DNA of 64,000 bases, from positions 2,816,001 to 2,880,000 of the forward strand of contig OY762069.1 of NCBI GenBank assembly GCA_963665095.1. The letters run 5' to 3'. The translations under genes and the position numbers were made by a program. Source of the DNA: an uncultured Desulfobacter sp. (GTDB lineage Bacteria; Desulfobacterota; Desulfobacteria; Desulfobacterales; Desulfobacteraceae). Within the stretch, counting starts at the first letter, position 1. Each line of letters begins with the position of its first letter. Positions 60,725-64,000 of the stretch are shown piece by piece. Below the pieces are notes generated by a model. It was not told where the DNA came from. It saw nothing but the letters and a program-made list of their open reading frames with translations, and ran no database searches.

Positions 60725-61519
60725 ATGACTGACAAACCTTATATCAAACCGGAGCTGATGGCCTGCTGCGGGGCCAGGGAGATATCCGACCACGACATGG
60801 TCATTGTGGGCACGGGCTTTCCTGCCATGTCCGCCAATATTGCCAAACACCTGCACGCCCCCAATGCCATGATGATGCAGGAGTCCGGGGTTATTGACGC
60901 CAAACCGGCACGACCTGCCCTTTCCGTGGGAGATCCCTGCCTGAATCCCGGGGCTGCCATGATCGGCGGCTTAGTGGATATCATGGGCATGTTTCTCCAG
61001 GCCGGCAGAGTGGATGTGGGCTTTTTATCCGGCAGCCAGGTGGACCGTTTCGGCAACATCAACACCACGGTGATCGGGGATTACAACGCCCCCAAAACCC
61101 GGCTGCCCGGATCCGGCGGGGCCAATCCCATCGGGTCCCTGGCGAAAAAGACTTTGATTATCGCCCTGCACGACAAACGGCGGCTGGCTGCCAAGGTGGA
61201 TTTCATCACCACGCCCGGTTACATCGACGGACCCGGTGCCCGGGAGAAATGGGGCATGCCGGCCAACACCGGCCCCCATGCCCTGATCACCAACAAAGGG
61301 GTGCTTAAATTCGATCCCGACACCCGGGAGGCGTATCTGTTCTCCTTTCATCCCGGCGCCACCATCGAAGAGATCCGGGAGAACACCCCCTGGGATCTCA
61401 AGATCGCCGACGATGTCCATGAGACCGCTCCGCCCACACCGGAGGAGTTGAATGTAATCCGCAAAATCCTCGACCCCTTTGGCATGATCTCAATTTATGA
61501 AAAAAAAGGTTACGTCTAA
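60725..61519 (+). CDS. CoA-transferase beta subunit (GctB-like)
   Basis: VGTGFP, QESG (catalytic Glu position), QVDRFGNIN, RLPGSGGAN, VDFITTPG. Confidence 0.92.
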   Translation: MTDKPYIKPELMACCGAREISDHDMVIVGTGFPAMSANIAKHLHAPNAMMMQESGVIDAKPARPALSVGDPCLNPGAAMIGGLVDIMGMFLQAGRVDVGFLSGSQVDRFGNINTTVIGDYNAPKTRLPGSGGANPIGSLAKKTLIIALHDKRRLAAKVDFITTPGYIDGPGAREKWGMPANTGPHALITNKGVLKFDPDTREAYLFSFHPGATIEEIRENTPWDLKIADDVHETAPPTPEELNVIRKILDPFGMISIYEKKGYV

Positions 61520-61590
61520 TGTTTGAACCCATAATCACCCACCTGCCGCGTAGCAGAAAAATTTTCATCCGGACGACTATGCGTCCAAAC
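61520..61590. repeat. Palindromic MITE family copy D (internally deleted)
   Basis: TGTTTGAACCCATAATCACCCACCTGC ... GACTATGCGTCCAAAC: both ends of copy C with the middle missing. Confidence 0.75.
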
Positions 61591-61625
61591 GAAAGTCTCT
61601 CATAGAAATTATTTAAGGAGGCGTT

Positions 61626-63026
61626 ATGAGTACTGAAACACCCAAAGCAAATGACATTCCGGCAGGTACACTGGAACTGGCAAAGTTTTGCGCCGGAATC
61701 CGGTATGATGCCCTGCCCGAATCTGTGATTGAGAAAACCCGGCTGTGTATTCTGGACTATGTGGCCAATATCTATGGTTCACTGCAGCTTGATGCGGTGC
61801 AGAAAACCGCGGACTACATCAAAAGTCTGGGTGCCGGCGGCCCTGCCACAGCCCTGGGATTGGGATTTAAAACCGACATCCACCATGCCGCCCTGGTCAA
61901 CGGCACCCTGGCTGAGGCCATTGAGGCCCAGGACGGGGTACGGTTTGGCGGCAACCACCCGGGCGTGGCTGTGATTCCGGCGGCCCTGGCCCTGGCAGAG
62001 GTCAGGGGGCTTTCAGGACACAAGATCATTGAAGCGGTGGTGGCCGGCTATGAAGCCGCCAACCGCATCTCTGCTGCCATGCACCCCTGGCACACCCTGG
62101 GGGGATTTCTGCCCACCGGCACCTGCGGGGCCTTTGGCGCGGCTGTGGCCGCCGGGCACCTCATGGGTTTTTCTGCTGAACAGATGGCAGCCGCCCTTGG
62201 CAATGCCGGGTATGTGCTGCCCGTGTCCACGGCCGAGACACTCATGGGCGGATACCCCATCAAGATTATCCAGGGCGGCCAGGGAGCCTCCTGCGGGCTT
62301 ATGGCAGCGGGCCTGGCAGAAATTGGGGTGGGCGGAGCCCCCTATATCATCGAAGGGTCCGGGCTCAACGGCGGATTTGCCAAAATCACCACCTGTGCCG
62401 ATCCAGACCTGACCCGGCTGATCCCCATTCCGGGCGACACCCTCTCCATGGAAGATGTCTATTTCAAACCCTACACGGCCTGCCGCCACACCCACGGCGC
62501 AGCCCAGGCCACGCTGGCTTTGCGAACAACCCACGACCTGGCCCTGGACCAAATCGACTCCGTGGCTGTGTTCACCTACGGCATTGCCCAGCTGGCCGTG
62601 GGAAAACCCCTGGAGGAGACCCCCACCTTTGTGTCGGCCCAGTTCTCCATTCCCTGGGTGGTGGCCGCCTGCCTGGCCGACGGCATGCTGGGACCTGCCC
62701 AGCTCACGGAAAAACGCCTGGAGGACAAAGATCTTGTGGCCTTTTCCCGGAAGATCAAAGTTGCCACCGATGAAACGCTCAATGCGGCCTATCCGGGCAA
62801 GACCTCGTCCCAGGTGGAGATCCGCCTTAAGGACGGCACCAATCTGGTCTACCAGGTGGATATCCCCAAGGGCGATCCCAGAGACCCCATGACCCAGGAA
62901 GATATCATCAATAAAATAAAGGCATTTTCTTCTGACAACCAACACCGCGATATTGACAACATTGCCGAACAGATCCTGGGCCTGGAGCAGATCACAGATA
63001 TCCGTCCCTTATTGTCGGCCATTTAA
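61626..63026 (+). CDS. MmgE/PrpD family protein
   Basis: AALVNGTLA, HPGVAVIPAALA, VVAGYE, FKPYTACRHTH, AQFSIPW, PKGDP..PMT. Confidence 0.94.
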   Translation: MSTETPKANDIPAGTLELAKFCAGIRYDALPESVIEKTRLCILDYVANIYGSLQLDAVQKTADYIKSLGAGGPATALGLGFKTDIHHAALVNGTLAEAIEAQDGVRFGGNHPGVAVIPAALALAEVRGLSGHKIIEAVVAGYEAANRISAAMHPWHTLGGFLPTGTCGAFGAAVAAGHLMGFSAEQMAAALGNAGYVLPVSTAETLMGGYPIKIIQGGQGASCGLMAAGLAEIGVGGAPYIIEGSGLNGGFAKITTCADPDLTRLIPIPGDTLSMEDVYFKPYTACRHTHGAAQATLALRTTHDLALDQIDSVAVFTYGIAQLAVGKPLEETPTFVSAQFSIPWVVAACLADGMLGPAQLTEKRLEDKDLVAFSRKIKVATDETLNAAYPGKTSSQVEIRLKDGTNLVYQVDIPKGDPRDPMTQEDIINKIKAFSSDNQHRDIDNIAEQILGLEQITDIRPLLSAI

Positions 63027-63039
63027 AAAAGGAAGTTTT

Positions 63040-64000
63040 ATGGATTTTACATTAACCAAAGAACAGACCATGCTGCTGGACAGCTTGCGGGACATGGCCC
63101 GCCGGGAAAATTTCAGGGAACTGGCCGATGAGATCGATAAAACAGGCGAATTTCCCCATGATCTGATGAAAAAATACGCAAAGATGGACCTTTTAGGCAT
63201 GACCCTTTCGGCGGATCACGGAGGCCAGGATATGGATGCCTTGACAGCAATCCTGGCCATAGAGGAGCTGGCAAAAATCAGCCCCATGATCGCAGCCCCG
63301 GTGTTTGAATCCAACGTGGGCCCGGCCCGGGTGGTCAGCCTTTTCGGTACGGAAGAACAGAAGAAAAAGATCATTCCAGGGGTATGCCGGGGGGATTTAA
63401 GCGTTTCCGTTTGCATGACCGAACCCGAGGTGGGCTCGGACCTGACGCGGCTTTCCACCCAGGCCATTGAAAAGGAGGACCACTTTCTGCTCAACGGCAC
63501 CAAGATCTTTATCACCGGCGGTGAAGTGGCCAGCCACTACCTGGTCTACACCCGGTTCAATGAGATCAAAGGCGCCAAGGGCATAGGAGGCCTGTTGGTG
63601 GAAAAGGGAACGCACGGGTTTACCTTCGGACCCCAGGAGGTGTTTTTAGGGCTGCGGGGCATGCCCTCATGTGCCCTTTACTTTGACAATGTAAAGGTCC
63701 CCAAAGAGAACCTGGTGGTCCCGGCCGGCGAATTCGGCCGGCTCATGCTGGCATTTGACATGGAGCGGTGCGGCAATGCCGCCATGTGCTTAGGCATTGC
63801 CGGCGGCGCCTTTGAGGAGGCCCGGCAGTATGCCCTGAAGAGAAAGGCCTTTGACCGGCCCATCTGCGAATTCCAGAACACCCAGTTTGCCGTTGCCGAC
63901 ATGGCCATGAAACTGGATGCGGCACGGCTTCTGGTCTACCGGGCTGCCACAGGCGCGGGCCAGGGGCTTCCCTCCATTTACGAGGCCTCGCTGGGCAAAT
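63040..64000 (+). CDS. Acyl-CoA dehydrogenase, runs off window end
   Basis: Not in the ORF track. Read by hand: MDFTLTKEQ...EIDKTGEFP...FGTEEQKKK...CMTEPEVGSDL...LNGTKIFIT...R.AFDRPICEFQ. Confidence 0.94.
   Translation, partial: MDFTLTKEQTMLLDSLRDMARRENFRELADEIDKTGEFPHDLMKKYAKMDLLGMTLSADHGGQDMDALTAILAIEELAKISPMIAAPVFESNVGPARVVSLFGTEEQKKKIIPGVCRGDLSVSVCMTEPEVGSDLTRLSTQAIEKEDHFLLNGTKIFITGGEVASHYLVYTRFNEIKGAKGIGGLLVEKGTHGFTFGPQEVFLGLRGMPSCALYFDNVKVPKENLVVPAGEFGRLMLAFDMERCGNAAMCLGIAGGAFEEARQYALKRKAFDRPICEFQNTQFAVADMAMKLDAARLLVYRAATGAGQGLPSIYEASLGK

Noticed and set aside
59765..61519. IpdAB-type steroid ring hydrolase, suggested by the 3beta-HSD-like neighbour
   Set aside because: The beta subunit retains the GctB-type ESG glutamate and both subunits look like ordinary Gct-type transferases. 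There is no other steroid evidence.
53363..62945. Long antisense ORFs (53363-54319, 57384-58181, 59744-60649, 62013-62945)
   Set aside because: They are shadow frames of GC-rich genes with biased codon usage and show no recognisable domains.

Overview
This is a 64-kb chromosomal segment from an anaerobic sulfate-reducer-like deltaproteobacterium. The Desulfobacter/Desulfobacteraceae assignment is inferred from gene content, sigma54 richness and repeat style. Ordinary blocks include an RND efflux operon with a PAS sigma54 activator, a sigma54-driven porin, a diguanylate cyclase, three Hsp20 genes, pepF-tsaA, proBA, pspF/pspABC, gpt-MATE-nfo, an acyl-CoA ligase/carboxyltransferase pair and a MarR-ABC exporter. 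Five things stand out. (1) A PadR-controlled operon (54.5 kb to beyond the window end) is built around an unassigned eliminase-type glycyl radical enzyme, with two SDR-fold oxidoreductases, a GctAB-type CoA-transferase, an MmgE/PrpD protein and an acyl-CoA dehydrogenase, but no activase in view; it is a candidate undescribed anaerobic catabolic pathway. (2) A ~6.6-kb signalling cassette (SiaA-like phosphatase, hemerythrin, histidine kinase with a SiaD-like N-terminus) lies between 374-bp direct repeats of the 3' end of a DisA_N/DAC-domain gene. (3) A palindromic MITE family has several copies at gene junctions. (4) A 59-aa zinc-ribbon gene was missed by the ORF track. (5) A tandem ribbon-helix-helix-like gene is divergent from the Hsp20 cluster. 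No rRNA, tRNA, CRISPR array or intact transposase was seen. All calls were made by eye, without database searches.
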